From NCBI GenBank assembly GCA_963780865.1, contig CAWADT010000013.1:246491-310490 (forward strand): a stretch of 64,000 bases of DNA, written 5' to 3'. A program made the translations under genes and the position numbers. The notes beneath the pieces were generated by a model. It did no database searches. It was not told the origin of the DNA and saw only the letters and a program-made list of their open reading frames with translations. Of this stretch, positions 10,701 to 21,049 are shown in pieces. Within the stretch, counting starts at the first letter, position 1, and every line of letters starts with the position of its first letter. Origin of the DNA: an uncultured Chloroflexia bacterium. GTDB lineage: Bacteria; Chloroflexota; Anaerolineae; Anaerolineales; RBG-16-64-43.

Positions 10701-11117
10701 TTGGGCAAAATCATTCGCACAACCAACGCTTCGACTTAACGGGAGCAATCGATCCGGATGATCGCGTTCGTCCTGTCGGAATTCACCTCTGGGAAACGGG
10801 CAGAGGCGGAAGCGCTTGATATGGCAGCCTTCATCTTCGACCACTTGAAGGCCATTTCGAATTCCGTCGATCAGACGGCTCTCGCCTGGGAGAAAAGGGA
10901 TTATTGGGTGAAGGCGGATGCCTTCCGCCGGCAATGGGTATGGGTCGAGAAGCCGCTGCGCGTCCTGGAGGATTGTCTCCAGCGGAAGGACGTTTCCTCC
11001 CTGGCGGGCGCCTTGCAGGAACTGACACGCGTGCTTCCCCCGCCCAAATCCGCTCAAAAGAAAATGCCGGCTCCCCCCTGGCTCGGTTTTTGGAAAAAAT
11101 TATTTTCGGAATCCTGA
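10701..11117 (+). CDS. Hypothetical protein; probable TTG start at 10701 with an in-frame TAA at 10737-10739 (likely sequence error); otherwise starts at ATG 10758
   Basis: GGAGG RBS precedes TTG 10701; reads LGKIIRTTNAST*REQSIRMIAFV...AWEKRDYWVKADAFR. Confidence 0.6.
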
Positions 11118-11150
11118 GCGCCTCTCGCGGCGATGTGACTATCCGACGTT

Positions 11151-11364
11151 TTATCCAGCTCTCGCGGGATGATGAATCCCCCGAAGCTTATCCCGCCTTC
11201 CTCTTTATTAATCGAAGAATACGGGGCAAGCCCCGCACTCCTCTATATTAATCGAAGAGTGCGGGGCAAGCCTCGCAGTTCTTGGGGGTTGCGCTCCCCC
11301 GGCCTCGCCCGGCGAAGCCGGGGCGGGGCTTGATACCGCGCGGCTTGCCGCGCGGTCATTCATT
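11151..11364. repeat. Dispersed palindromic element, copy A (expanded, with an internal 40-bp tandem duplication at 11199-11278)
   Basis: TTATCCAGCTCTCGCGGGATGA start, GTTCTTGGGGGTTGCGCTCC core, ACCGCGCGGCTTGCCGCGCGGT hairpin, TTCATT end; similar to copies at 32096, 36087, 43170. Confidence 0.75.
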
Positions 11365-12460
11365 GTTGTCCTAGGAATGGAATCCCATCAACCAGAATCA
11401 CGGGAATCAGAGAATAGGTGACGGAATATTCGCGGGCGACAGCCACCTGTAAAATCGCGCTGTGATTGTAGGATCCCGAAAACCCGTCGAAAACAAAATT
11501 TCCCATGCTGTAAAATATCCAGCGGCCTTTATATTCCTCTTCCTTCTGCATCAAGTGCGGATGCGATCCGACCACCAGGTCCGCCCCATGATCCACCGCC
11601 AAATGAGCCAATTGCACTTGTCTTTCGCTGGGAGCAACGGAACCCTCGATCCCAAAATGGAAGAGAACGACGAGAAAATCAGTCCGTGACCTCCAGGATT
11701 GAAGGTCGGAAATAATTCTATCATCGGCGGCCCAGGCGACACCGGGTGTCGAGGGTCCCGCCGACCAGCTTTTTGGATCGAACCCCCCGAGCTCCGGAGG
11801 CACGTCGACGTACGATAAGAAGGCCAACCGCAGCCCGTGGATTTCAAACACGGCTGCGGAGTGCGCCTGGGAATCGTTTAGCCCCGCTCCGACAATTTGT
11901 ATCCCTTGTTCCGTTAACAGCTGCCGAGTTTGATCGAAAACAACCGGCCCGTAATCGAAACTGTGGTTATTGGCCAAAGACAACAAATCAAAACCGGCAC
12001 GACTCAAAAGAGCAGCCGAAGCAGGCGCGGCAAGAAAGGCGTACCCCTTCTTCGCTTTCGTGCCGCCTTCCCCGATGGCGCATTCCAGATTACCGACTGC
12101 GATATCCGCCGATTGTAAAACCGTGCTTACGGATTCAAAAATGGCATCGCCTTTTCCGTCGCTAATGCGCTGTCCCAGCGATCTTCCGAGCATGATGTCC
12201 CCGACGAACGCCAGATGGACCGGCAGCTCCTCTGTCGGCCGCGGCTCGGTCGGGGAAGGAGCTTGTTTTTCTGTCGGCGATAGACCGGTTTGCGTAGGAC
12301 TCGCAACGGAGGGGGAAGGAGAACCCGGAGCGAACACCGTATTCACCAAGGCTTGAGTTGCCGAACGCGGGGTTGCCGATAAATTGCCGGGATTGCCACA
12401 GCCGGAGAAAAACAACAGCATTCCCAAAACCGCGGGAAGGCGCATCCCGGCCGGGTTCAT
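11360..12460 (-). CDS. CapA family (PGA_cap metallophosphoesterase-like) lipoprotein
   Basis: 'FVGDIMLGR', 'GNLE', 'SLANNHSFD', 'HFG', 'GSHPH', 'YSMGNFVF'; lipobox-like FFSGC. Confidence 0.88.
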   Translation of the reverse strand: MNPAGMRLPAVLGMLLFFSGCGNPGNLSATPRSATQALVNTVFAPGSPSPSVASPTQTGLSPTEKQAPSPTEPRPTEELPVHLAFVGDIMLGRSLGQRISDGKGDAIFESVSTVLQSADIAVGNLECAIGEGGTKAKKGYAFLAAPASAALLSRAGFDLLSLANNHSFDYGPVVFDQTRQLLTEQGIQIVGAGLNDSQAHSAAVFEIHGLRLAFLSYVDVPPELGGFDPKSWSAGPSTPGVAWAADDRIISDLQSWRSRTDFLVVLFHFGIEGSVAPSERQVQLAHLAVDHGADLVVGSHPHLMQKEEEYKGRWIFYSMGNFVFDGFSGSYNHSAILQVAVAREYSVTYSLIPVILVDGIPFLGQQ

Positions 12461-13797
12461 TGCGTTTCGCTCCGGTCGCCCTGGAGGTAGGGACGAAATT
12501 CGCTCAGCCATGCGCCGGGAATTCTTCCGGTGACAAGCATCCCGTCCGGTTTGTGGGTGACGCTATCGACGGATCCTTCCCGATGAAGCAAATCCAACAA
12601 TCGCCCCTCGCGAAACGGGATCTTCACTTTGATTTGATTCATTTCCTGATAGAGGATATTTTCGACGACCTGGAGAAGGTCCGGGATTCCCAGGCCTGTT
12701 TTGGCGGAGAGCAAGACAGTATTGGGGTACCCGCTGGAGAACGATTGATCGGGAGGAGATTTCAGTTTATCGATTTTATTAATTCCCGTAACCATGGGGA
12801 TTTTCTGCAACCCAAGCTCATGAAGCGTTTGATGCACGGATTGAACATGTTCGCGGGCGTTGGGGTGGGAGATATCTACGATATGCAGCAAGAGATCCGC
12901 CTCGGCGATTTCCTCGAGCGTCGCCCGAAAGGCGGCCACGAGCGAGGCGGGCAATTTTTGGATAAACCCGACCGTGTCGGTTATGAGAACCGCTTTTCCG
13001 CCGGGCAATTCCACCTGGCGGGTCGTGGGGTCCAGCGTGGCGAACAATAGATCGGCGACATAAATATCGGCATGGGCCAGCGTATTCAGCAGCGTGCTTT
13101 TTCCGGCGTTGGTGTATCCCACGAGCGCTACGACGGGCTGGCCCGATCCTTTCCGGCGCATGCGGTACCGGCTGCGGTGCTGCCGAACCGCGTCCAATTC
13201 CTTCTTTAGCCGGTGGATTTTTTTTGAAATTTCACGCCGGTCGATTTCCAATTGTGTTTCCCCGGGGCCCCGCAAACCGACGCCGCCCGTGCCGCCTCGG
13301 CCACTGGAACCCCCCGCCTGTCGGGCAAGGTGGGTCCAAGCTCCGGTCAATCGGGGGAGCCGGTATTCATACTGCGCCAATTCCACCTGCAGCGCGCCCT
13401 CGCGGGTATGGGCATGTTGCGCGAAGATATCCAGGATCAAGGCCGTGCGGTCCAACACGTGGATTTCCTCGCCCAGCAATTCCTGTAATTCCCGCAAATG
13501 CCGGGGAGATAGCTCCTCGTCAAAAATAACCATCTGGGATTGGGTTTCATCGATCCATCGTTTTAATTCGGTTACCTTGCCGGAGCCGATCAACGTCGCC
13601 GCGTGCGCGCGATCCATCCGCTGAAAATCCTGACCGGCCACTTCAATGCCCGCTGTGCGGCAAAGTACCCCGAGTTCATCCAAGTTGTCCTCGATGGATA
13701 GGATCTGGTTGCGATTTTTCCAATCCACGCCAAACAGAAATGCCTTGGGCTGGACCACCGTGTTTTTCATTTTGGAGCGGGGGGAAGCGGTTTTCAT
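12457..13797 (-). CDS. hflX: Ribosome-splitting GTPase HflX
   Basis: 'RGPGETQLE', GYTNAGKS, 'FATLDPT', DTVG, NKID. Confidence 0.96.
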   Translation of the reverse strand: MKTASPRSKMKNTVVQPKAFLFGVDWKNRNQILSIEDNLDELGVLCRTAGIEVAGQDFQRMDRAHAATLIGSGKVTELKRWIDETQSQMVIFDEELSPRHLRELQELLGEEIHVLDRTALILDIFAQHAHTREGALQVELAQYEYRLPRLTGAWTHLARQAGGSSGRGGTGGVGLRGPGETQLEIDRREISKKIHRLKKELDAVRQHRSRYRMRRKGSGQPVVALVGYTNAGKSTLLNTLAHADIYVADLLFATLDPTTRQVELPGGKAVLITDTVGFIQKLPASLVAAFRATLEEIAEADLLLHIVDISHPNAREHVQSVHQTLHELGLQKIPMVTGINKIDKLKSPPDQSFSSGYPNTVLLSAKTGLGIPDLLQVVENILYQEMNQIKVKIPFREGRLLDLLHREGSVDSVTHKPDGMLVTGRIPGAWLSEFRPYLQGDRSETQ

Positions 13798-13904
13798 ATC
13801 CAGGGATTTTACTATTGGTTGAAGGGATTCAGGATATCCTCAATCCGGCATCGGTCAAACCGTAATCGATTGGCTCCATATGGCTGATGGAAACATGGTT
13901 TCTA

Positions 13905-14969
13905 TTAGAGAATTTCCACAGTTCCGGGATCTCCTTCGACCACCGACCCAATTTCCCAGATCGGATGTTTAACCTTTTTTCTCATCCTGCTGAAAACCCC
14001 CATCCGCTCCTTCGGAACGCACAGCAACAATCCTCCGCTGGTTTGTGCGTCGTACAGCAACATCAGATCCGGAACCGGCAGATTTTGGGGATGGACCGTT
14101 CGGCCTCCGAAATATTCCCAGTTCTTGCGGGTTCCTCCGGAGATCATATCCATTTGTGAATATTTTCTGGCTCCGTGGAATAACGGCACCGAAGAATATT
14201 TTATCCGGATCCGCACGGAAGATTGCTGGGCTATTTCCGACAAATGGCCGACCAATCCGAATCCTGAGATATCCGTTCCGGCGGAAACCGGCACTCCTTG
14301 AATCAATGGCAGGAAGGAATTGTTTAATTCCATCATCCAGCGGACGGCTTCCTTTACGTCCTCCGGTTTGGCTTTTTGTCTCTGCAGCGCGGTGGAGAGC
14401 ACTCCGCTCCCGAGAGGTTTTGTAAGAAATATTCGGTCGCCGGCGCGCGCGCGATTCTTTGTCATGATGCGTTCGGGGTCTGCCATTCCGACCACCGCCA
14501 TGCCGAATTTCAATTCCGCATCGCGGATGGAATGCCCGCCGACCAGCAGGCCGCCTGCCTCGCGGATTTTTTCCGCGCCTCCGCGGATGATTTCGCGCGC
14601 CGTCTCCTGCGGCAGGTCTGATGGAAAGGCGCTTAGGTTGAGCGCCAGGACCGGCGCGCCCCCCATGGCATAAACGTCGGAGACCGCGTTGGCGGCGGCG
14701 ATGGCGCCATACTCGTAGGGGGTATCGACGATCGGGGTGAAGAAATCGGCGGTAAAGACGATCGCCCGATCGGGAGAAATTTTCCAGACGGCGGCGTCGT
14801 CGGGGTGCTCCAAACCAACCAGCAAATCCCGATGGGCGCCGGGCGGGAAAATTTCCTGCAAAGGGCGCAGCACCTGCGCCAGCGTTTCCGCATCGAGCTT
14901 CGACGCTCAACCCGCGCAGGAAGAAAGCGTGGTCAGCCGGATTTGTTTTCCCGAGGTTGGTCGCGGCAT
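13905..14969 (-). CDS. selD: Selenide, water dikinase with selenocysteine at codon 21
   Basis: MPRPTSGKQIRLTTLSSCAG-U(TGA 14909-14907)-ASKL in frame with the body ('DDAAV','DFFTPIVD','DVYAMGG','DAQTSGGLL'). Confidence 0.93.
14864..14880 (-). promoter_or_regulatory. Candidate bacterial SECIS apical hairpin of selD
   Basis: GGCGCAG-GTG-CTGCGCC perfect 7-bp stem with a G-containing loop starting ~27 nt 3' of the UGA. Confidence 0.6.
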
Positions 14970-15157
14970 GGGAAGGATCCTTTCCCGGATGTTCCAGCGG
15001 TCGTTCATTTTCTTTTCACGATCCGTCCATGGATAATATCATAGCCATCCAGGTTGCAAAAGTCTCGTCTTGGAAGGAGCGTTTTTCCAGCCGAAGGCGC
15101 GCAGTGTAGTGGTACAATTTCAAAATTAATCTTTCGGATGTTTCAAGGGAGAATCCC

Positions 15158-16207
15158 ATGTCCTGGCGCGGTGTCATCCCCGAATACGGCGACCTGATCG
15201 ATCTACCAAAAAACTCACCCGTCATTACCCTTTTAGAAGGGGGGACTCCACTCATTCCGCTGCCTAGGCTCGGGAAAATGCTCGGACAGGAAGTCACCCT
15301 CTATGCTAAATTCGAAGGACTAAATCCAACCGGCTCCTTCAAGGACCGGGGGATGACCGTCGCCATCAGCGAGGCGGCCGGACGGAAAGCCAAATCGGTG
15401 ATTTGCGCTTCCACAGGCAACACGGCAGCCTCCGCCGCAGCCTATGCCTCGCGCGCCGGTATTCCCTGCATTGTCCTCATTCCACAAGGGAAAGTGGCGA
15501 TGGGAAAACTGGCCGGCGCGCTTGCCTATGGGGCGAAAGTCCTTCAAATCAAGGGATCGTTCGACGATGCATTGACCATCGTCGTGCAGGCAAGCGAGAA
15601 ACTATCGATCGCGCTCGTCAATTCACTCAACCCCTACCGGTTGGAAGGACAGAAGACGGCCGCCTTCGAGATTTGCGACGCGTTGGGAAAATCACCGGAT
15701 TGGCTCTGCCTCCCGGTGGGGAATGCCGGAAACATCACCTCGTATTGGATGGGCTTCCAACAATATCATCGGATGAAACAAACCGGCTTGCCGAAGATAC
15801 TGGGAGTGCAGGCGGAGGGAGCCGCTCCACTGGTGGTTGGGCATCCGGTCGAACCGGAAACGGTCGCCACGGCCATCCGAATCGGTAAACCCGCGCGCGG
15901 TGAGCAGGCGCTTGAAGCGGCCCAGGAATCCGGAGGACGGATCATCGCCGTCAGCGACGATTGCATTTTGGAAATGCAACATTCGCTCGCAGCGGAAGGA
16001 TTGTGGGTTGAGCCGGCCTCCGCCGCCGGCCTGGCAGGATTGGCAGACGAAGTACGGGAAAGACATTTGGTCCTCGACGGGCAAACAATCGTGACCGTCT
16101 GCACCGGACATGGATTGAAGGATCCGGATATCATCACCCGGAGGGCTCCTCCCATCCCACTTTTGGCTCCAGTTCTTTCGGATCTCGAGAAGGCACTGCG
16201 CGAATAG
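15158..16207 (+). CDS. thrC: Threonine synthase
   Basis: 'NPTGSFKDRG' PLP lysine, 'CASTGNT', 'PVGNAGNI', 'TGHGLKDP'. Confidence 0.95.
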   Translation: MSWRGVIPEYGDLIDLPKNSPVITLLEGGTPLIPLPRLGKMLGQEVTLYAKFEGLNPTGSFKDRGMTVAISEAAGRKAKSVICASTGNTAASAAAYASRAGIPCIVLIPQGKVAMGKLAGALAYGAKVLQIKGSFDDALTIVVQASEKLSIALVNSLNPYRLEGQKTAAFEICDALGKSPDWLCLPVGNAGNITSYWMGFQQYHRMKQTGLPKILGVQAEGAAPLVVGHPVEPETVATAIRIGKPARGEQALEAAQESGGRIIAVSDDCILEMQHSLAAEGLWVEPASAAGLAGLADEVRERHLVLDGQTIVTVCTGHGLKDPDIITRRAPPIPLLAPVLSDLEKALRE

Positions 16208-16448
16208 CAATCAAAATTCTAGGTTTAACTGTTGGGGTAAGGCTTGATGAACTAGTATCCGTAAAACAAGCCAAAAATGAAATTTCAGAAAAATTGCGCA
16301 TAGACACTATGTATTATTTAAAAAATTTTTAGCGAAGACATTTGTATATTTCTATAAGGGGTGAAATATATCGTCAATTACATGCAGGGAAGAACGCTGC
16401 TTTGCCTATAAAACGATTTCAAGAATTGTCTTGCGGAGAATGTTCTAG

Positions 16449-17681
16449 ATGAAAACCATAATCATTCTAGGCGACGGTATGTCTGATTATCCTATTGAGA
16501 CACTCAATGGGAAGACGCCGCTTCAGGTTGCACACAAACCGAACATAGACCGTATCGCCAGGGAAGGACGCATGGGTCTCTTCGAGACCGTGCCAGAAGG
16601 GTTTCCCAAGGGATCTGAGGTCGCCAACCTGAGTGTGCTGGGCTACGACCCTGCTACAACATATAATGGCCGCGCGGTCCTCGAGGCCGCGAATATGGGA
16701 GTGGCGCTCGAGAACGGCGATGTGGCGTTTCGATTGAACCTATGCTGCATCGAAAACAGCCTCATTAAGAATCATTCCGCCGGCCACATCACTTCCGAAG
16801 AGGCAGGCAAGATCATCGTGTCTTTGAATGCGGCGCTGGGCGAGGATTCCGGCGAAATGCCGGTGGATCTCCACGCCGGGGTCAGCTATCGCCACCTGCT
16901 TGTTCTGCGGGGCGCCGCTGCGTCGCCGAACGTGCAATGCTTCCCGCCGCACGATTACGTGGGTCATCGCGCCGTGGATCTCCTTCCCACCGCATTGTCC
17001 GACGGGGCAAAAGCCACCGAAGCCAAATTACGGTCGCTCATGGCAAGAGCGGAGGGAATTCTGAAGGTTCACCCCGTCAATCGAAAACGGATCTCCGAGG
17101 GCAAGGATCCCGCCAATGCGATCTGGCCGTGGTCGCCGGGGCGCAAACCGACAATGGAAACCCTCCAGACGCGTTTCGGAATTCGCAGCGCCGTGATCTC
17201 GGCGGTGGATCTCATCATGGGGTTGGGCCTATATGCCGGGATGGATGTAATCAGGGTAGAAGGGGCTACGGGCCTCTGGGACACCAACTATGAGGGTAAG
17301 GCAGCGGCCTGTGTCAAAGCAATCCGGGATCATGATCTGGTGTATGTACATGTGGAGGCCACGGACGAGGCGGGTCACGCCAGGGATCTGAATCTCAAGA
17401 TCAAATGCATCGAAATGCTCGACGACCGCCTGGTACGCCCAATCCTCGAGGGTGTGGAAAAGGCCGGGCTCGAAGTTGCCATCGCCGTGCTCCCGGATCA
17501 TCCCACCCCCGTCTGCACCGGAATCCACGCCGGGGATCCCGTTCCCGTGGCCATTCTGCGGCCCGGAAATTCGCCTGACAGCACCACCGCCTACGATGAG
17601 GAACAAGCCAAAGCCGGCAGCCTACCGTTTATGCGCGGTGATGATTTCATCAAGCTTGCCCTCGGCATAGACAAGCGCTGA
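16449..17681 (+). CDS. apgM: Archaeal-type cofactor-independent phosphoglycerate mutase family protein (ApgM; proposed homoserine kinase-like)
   Basis: 'LGDGMSD', 'GSEVANLS', 'HVEATDEAGH', 'PDHPTP' metalloenzyme motifs. Confidence 0.9.
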   Translation: MKTIIILGDGMSDYPIETLNGKTPLQVAHKPNIDRIAREGRMGLFETVPEGFPKGSEVANLSVLGYDPATTYNGRAVLEAANMGVALENGDVAFRLNLCCIENSLIKNHSAGHITSEEAGKIIVSLNAALGEDSGEMPVDLHAGVSYRHLLVLRGAAASPNVQCFPPHDYVGHRAVDLLPTALSDGAKATEAKLRSLMARAEGILKVHPVNRKRISEGKDPANAIWPWSPGRKPTMETLQTRFGIRSAVISAVDLIMGLGLYAGMDVIRVEGATGLWDTNYEGKAAACVKAIRDHDLVYVHVEATDEAGHARDLNLKIKCIEMLDDRLVRPILEGVEKAGLEVAIAVLPDHPTPVCTGIHAGDPVPVAILRPGNSPDSTTAYDEEQAKAGSLPFMRGDDFIKLALGIDKR

Positions 17682-17941
17682 GAACGGACGGCTATTGCCA
17701 GCGTTCGGAGGCGATGACGGACCGGCTGCATCGGCCCTCGTCGCTCGCACCTTCCGGACGTGGGAGATTTACGCCTATCGTCCAAGCAAACAAACGTTGC
17801 GGCGCGGCGCTTCCAACGCTGGGCGGGAGTGGGCGCCTTCATCGAGCGGACACTCGCCGATCATTTGGGCGATAGCGGCAGCGCTAAAGAAAATGGGCTG
17901 ACATCCCCGGATTTCGTCCTGAGGATCTGCAACCACGGAAT

Positions 17942-17981
17942 AAAAACAGAGGATCAGCCTGACGGCTGATCCTCTGTTTTT
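17942..17981. terminator. Bidirectional intrinsic terminator
   Basis: AAAAACAGAGGATCAGCC-tgac-GGCTGATCCTCTGTTTTT perfect inverted repeat between convergent genes. Confidence 0.85.
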
Positions 17982-18003
17982 ACAACGAAGGTTCGGCACA
18001 TCC

Positions 18004-19182
18004 TTAGGTGGTAGGAGTGAGTACTGCCGGCGCGGATCCGCCCCAGCCAAATACTCGCGTTTCACTCGTCGCGCCCGCCGGGATATAAATAGGGTTACCG
18101 GCGTCCGTGGTTCCGGAAATTCTGACTACGCTGACGCTCCACCGGTAAATGCGCGTGCTTCCATCCGTCGGCCGCAGGCTGACCGGGACCAGGAAACGGG
18201 TATCCTTTACATAATTTAGAATTCTATCGCTGGAACCGGCGGAGATATCCTGGATCGAAACCTGATATTCCTCGTTATCCCGCAGGGTCGCCACCGCGGC
18301 CCATTGCAACGCTATCTCCTGGTCGGTGCTTCCGAACATGGAACCATCCCGCGGTGAAAGCAGGTTCGGCGCCGGGTAGGGCGGGGGCGTAGTGGGAGTG
18401 GGACTCGGACCCTCGGTTGGAAGCCTTTCGCAAAGCGGGATTTTCAACACGATGCCCACAAAAACGACATCATTCGCAAAGCTATATTGGGGATTATATT
18501 TTTTAATCGACGCAATCGAAACATTGTAGTTGGCCGCAATATTCGCGAGCGTATCGCCTTCCTTAACGGTGTAATTATCAAACGTACAAGCTTGCACCGT
18601 CTGTTGAAAAACTCCCGCTGTGGCGGTCGACGCCGGCGGTGGCGTTGAGGTCGGTTGCGGGAGATACAAAGTTTGCCCGGGTTGCAAATTGTTACAATCC
18701 ACCGGCTTGCCGTTTTGGGTTGTGATGAGGGTAATGTCCGTCAGACCGAATTTCGCGGCCAGCCCGTAACAGGTGTCCACCCCGGCTTGCACAGTTACCA
18801 CGATGGGCGGAAGTTTGGTTGGGGTTGGTGTATCGGTCGGTATGTTTGTCGGCAAGGAAGTCAGGGTGATCGTGGGAGTGATGGATGGCAGCACGGCTGG
18901 CGTGGACGCAGAGCCCGGGAAATGCCCGGTGCGCACTAAAAGGACCATCACGAGCGCGCCGAACAAAAGCGAGAGGATGGGACCCGCAACCACTACGCCG
19001 ACGGGCAAATTCAGCGAGGCGGATGCTCCGGAAATTCTGGACGGAATTCTGGCTGTTCGGCCGGTTCCCGGCTCAAAAACCATTCCGCAAACCGCGCAAC
19101 GTGAGGCAGATTCCGCAATTCGTGTGCCGCAGGACGGACAAATGCGGCTTGGAATCGCGGGACGGGGGCTAGTATTCGACAT
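18004..19182 (-). CDS. Membrane-anchored LysM-domain protein (N-terminal zinc ribbon, Pro/Thr linkers, two LysM, C-terminal beta domain)
   Basis: CPSC/CAVC, one TM helix, 'YTVKEGDTLANIAANYNVSIASIKKYN'. Confidence 0.85.
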   Translation of the reverse strand: MSNTSPRPAIPSRICPSCGTRIAESASRCAVCGMVFEPGTGRTARIPSRISGASASLNLPVGVVVAGPILSLLFGALVMVLLVRTGHFPGSASTPAVLPSITPTITLTSLPTNIPTDTPTPTKLPPIVVTVQAGVDTCYGLAAKFGLTDITLITTQNGKPVDCNNLQPGQTLYLPQPTSTPPPASTATAGVFQQTVQACTFDNYTVKEGDTLANIAANYNVSIASIKKYNPQYSFANDVVFVGIVLKIPLCERLPTEGPSPTPTTPPPYPAPNLLSPRDGSMFGSTDQEIALQWAAVATLRDNEEYQVSIQDISAGSSDRILNYVKDTRFLVPVSLRPTDGSTRIYRWSVSVVRISGTTDAGNPIYIPAGATSETRVFGWGGSAPAVLTPTT

Positions 19183-19223
19183 CGATATCTCCGTTTTCCT
19201 GTGGAAGGATTATACCAAACCGA

Positions 19224-20234
19224 TCAATCCGCGGGACGGAGGCGCATCAATAATCCCTGCAATTCCCTAATTAATTCGGTTATTTGACGATTCCGGGATG
19301 GATTCTCGCCCCATAATTGACGTTGTTTTTCTTTAAAGGCCAATTCGGAATAAATGGTGTGAATTCTGGAGATGGTGGAGTATTTATTCAGGTCCAACAC
19401 ACGAACCGCCGCCCATTCGGCCTGCCATCTTCTCCGCAAGGACCCTGCCGTCTCCCATTGGTCCTGTTCCAAGAGTCCATTTCTAGAATACGGGAACAAG
19501 TATTTACTGATGACTTTTTGCTCCCGAATCAACGAACCGAGAAAGATTAAAATCACCAAAAAGAATCCGACCGCGAAAAAACAAACATCCAGATAAAATC
19601 CCCACGGGGTATTCGCCTCCCAGGAAATTCCAAGATTGTGGAGGATGTGGAAGGAAATCGCTGCGGTAAGACCGCCGGCCGACCACAGAACGGCTCTCCC
19701 CCGGGAGCGGGCGTATTTCGCCAGAGCCAATCCCAAACCGGTAAAGGCGGCGAAGAGTGCGTGGATCGCGCCGAAAAGCATTGTGCGGAAGAATATGAGC
19801 AGGATGAGTTCGGAAAGCGATTGACTGGCGAGAAAATACAAAGTGTTCTCCGCCGCGGCAAATCCAAACCCGACCATGGCTCCGTAGATGATCCCGTCGA
19901 GCGGATCGTCCACCTCCTGGCCCGCGATCGCAAAGATTCCAAGCAACCCGATAAATTTCAACCCCTCTTCGATCACCGGTGGAAGCACGCCGACGCCGAG
20001 AATGGATATGCCCGCGGCGGTTGATTGCAGGTGGGAAGCTCCCGGGAGACCAAGGATTAGTTCGAGGGCTAGCGAAAGGCCGACGGCGGGGATCATGCCC
20101 CATAGGAAGGAAAAAAGCAGAAGCTGAAACGGTTCTTTTTCGTAACGGTCGAACCACCAGACGATCACCGACCAGCAGATCATCGGCAGGACACCCGCGA
20201 AAATGGAGACTACCAGCAACATCACGACGCTCAC
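19224..20234 (-). CDS. prsW: PrsW family intramembrane metalloprotease
   Basis: 'EEGLK', 'GFAAAEN', two conserved His motifs, 'DRYEKEP'. Confidence 0.88.
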   Translation of the reverse strand: MSVVMLLVVSIFAGVLPMICWSVIVWWFDRYEKEPFQLLLFSFLWGMIPAVGLSLALELILGLPGASHLQSTAAGISILGVGVLPPVIEEGLKFIGLLGIFAIAGQEVDDPLDGIIYGAMVGFGFAAAENTLYFLASQSLSELILLIFFRTMLFGAIHALFAAFTGLGLALAKYARSRGRAVLWSAGGLTAAISFHILHNLGISWEANTPWGFYLDVCFFAVGFFLVILIFLGSLIREQKVISKYLFPYSRNGLLEQDQWETAGSLRRRWQAEWAAVRVLDLNKYSTISRIHTIYSELAFKEKQRQLWGENPSRNRQITELIRELQGLLMRLRPAD

Positions 20235-20253
20235 CGAGGGGCCTCTCCCAAAT

Positions 20254-20907
20254 TTATAAATACGATTTTAAATTATGAAGTACGGCGTAGGCCGCCGCTT
20301 CCGTGCGATTGACTACATTTAATTTTGAGAGGATGGAAGAAACATAATTCCGCACCGTGCCTTCCCCCAGAAACAGCGATTCGGAGATTTCCTTATTCGT
20401 TTTCCCTTCGACGACCAGCTGCAGGACGTGCATTTCCTGCGGGGTCAGCCCGGAAAATGTGGACGCCTCTTCATCCTGCGCCATTTTCCGCATTTCCGCA
20501 AATACCCGTTTGGTCACGAGGGGATCCAACAGCGCTTCGCCTCGCCCGACGCGTTCAATCGCCTGGATGAGTTCCTGTCCGCCGATTTGTTTCAGCAGGT
20601 ATCCGGAAGCGCCGGCCCGGATCGCAGAGAAGAGCATCTCATCTTCCGCGAAGGAGGTGAGCATAATGACTTTGGTTTCCGGGTTGGCGGCGAGGATTTC
20701 CTCGCAGGCCTCGATCCCCGACGCCCCGGGCAGGCGGATATCCATTAAAATGACGTCCGGATGCAATCCGGCGGCTTTCTCCACCGCTTCCTTGGCCGAT
20801 CCGGCTTCCGCCACCACCTCGAAACCCGGATGATGCTCGATGAGGGATTTCAATCCCAATCGCACCACTTCGTGATCGTCCACCAGCATAATTCTAAGCG
20901 GGCTCAT
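20254..20907 (-). CDS. NarL/LuxR family DNA-binding response regulator
   Basis: REC domain (VDDH, MDIRLP) and C-terminal HTH 'GKTNKEISESLFLGEGTVRNY'. Confidence 0.95.
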   Translation of the reverse strand: MSPLRIMLVDDHEVVRLGLKSLIEHHPGFEVVAEAGSAKEAVEKAAGLHPDVILMDIRLPGASGIEACEEILAANPETKVIMLTSFAEDEMLFSAIRAGASGYLLKQIGGQELIQAIERVGRGEALLDPLVTKRVFAEMRKMAQDEEASTFSGLTPQEMHVLQLVVEGKTNKEISESLFLGEGTVRNYVSSILSKLNVVNRTEAAAYAVLHNLKSYL

Positions 20908-20986
20908 TACAAAAAAGGATTCCTTTCGGCCAGATATTCAGAGTCCAATTCCGCGCCGAAAAGAAGGATAATTCAATGCGGTTTGA

Positions 20987-21015
20987 TTGACAAGCCCAAT
21001 CCGCTTTGATACACT
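20987..21015 (+). promoter_or_regulatory. Sigma70-type promoter of dgt
   Basis: TTGACA-17 nt-TACACT with TG extension. Confidence 0.6.
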
Positions 21016-21049
21016 CCTTCGTACAAATTCTTCTGGGGCTGCAATCACT

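Noticed and set aside
11199-11278. Possible CRISPR array
   Set aside because: Only two directly abutting 40-bp units, no spacers and no cas genes.
16293-16325. Second dif-like site (TTGCGCATAG...CTATGT)
   Set aside because: The inverted arms are separated by 3 bp rather than 6 and there is no XerD-like arm. It is more likely part of an AT-rich promoter or operator.
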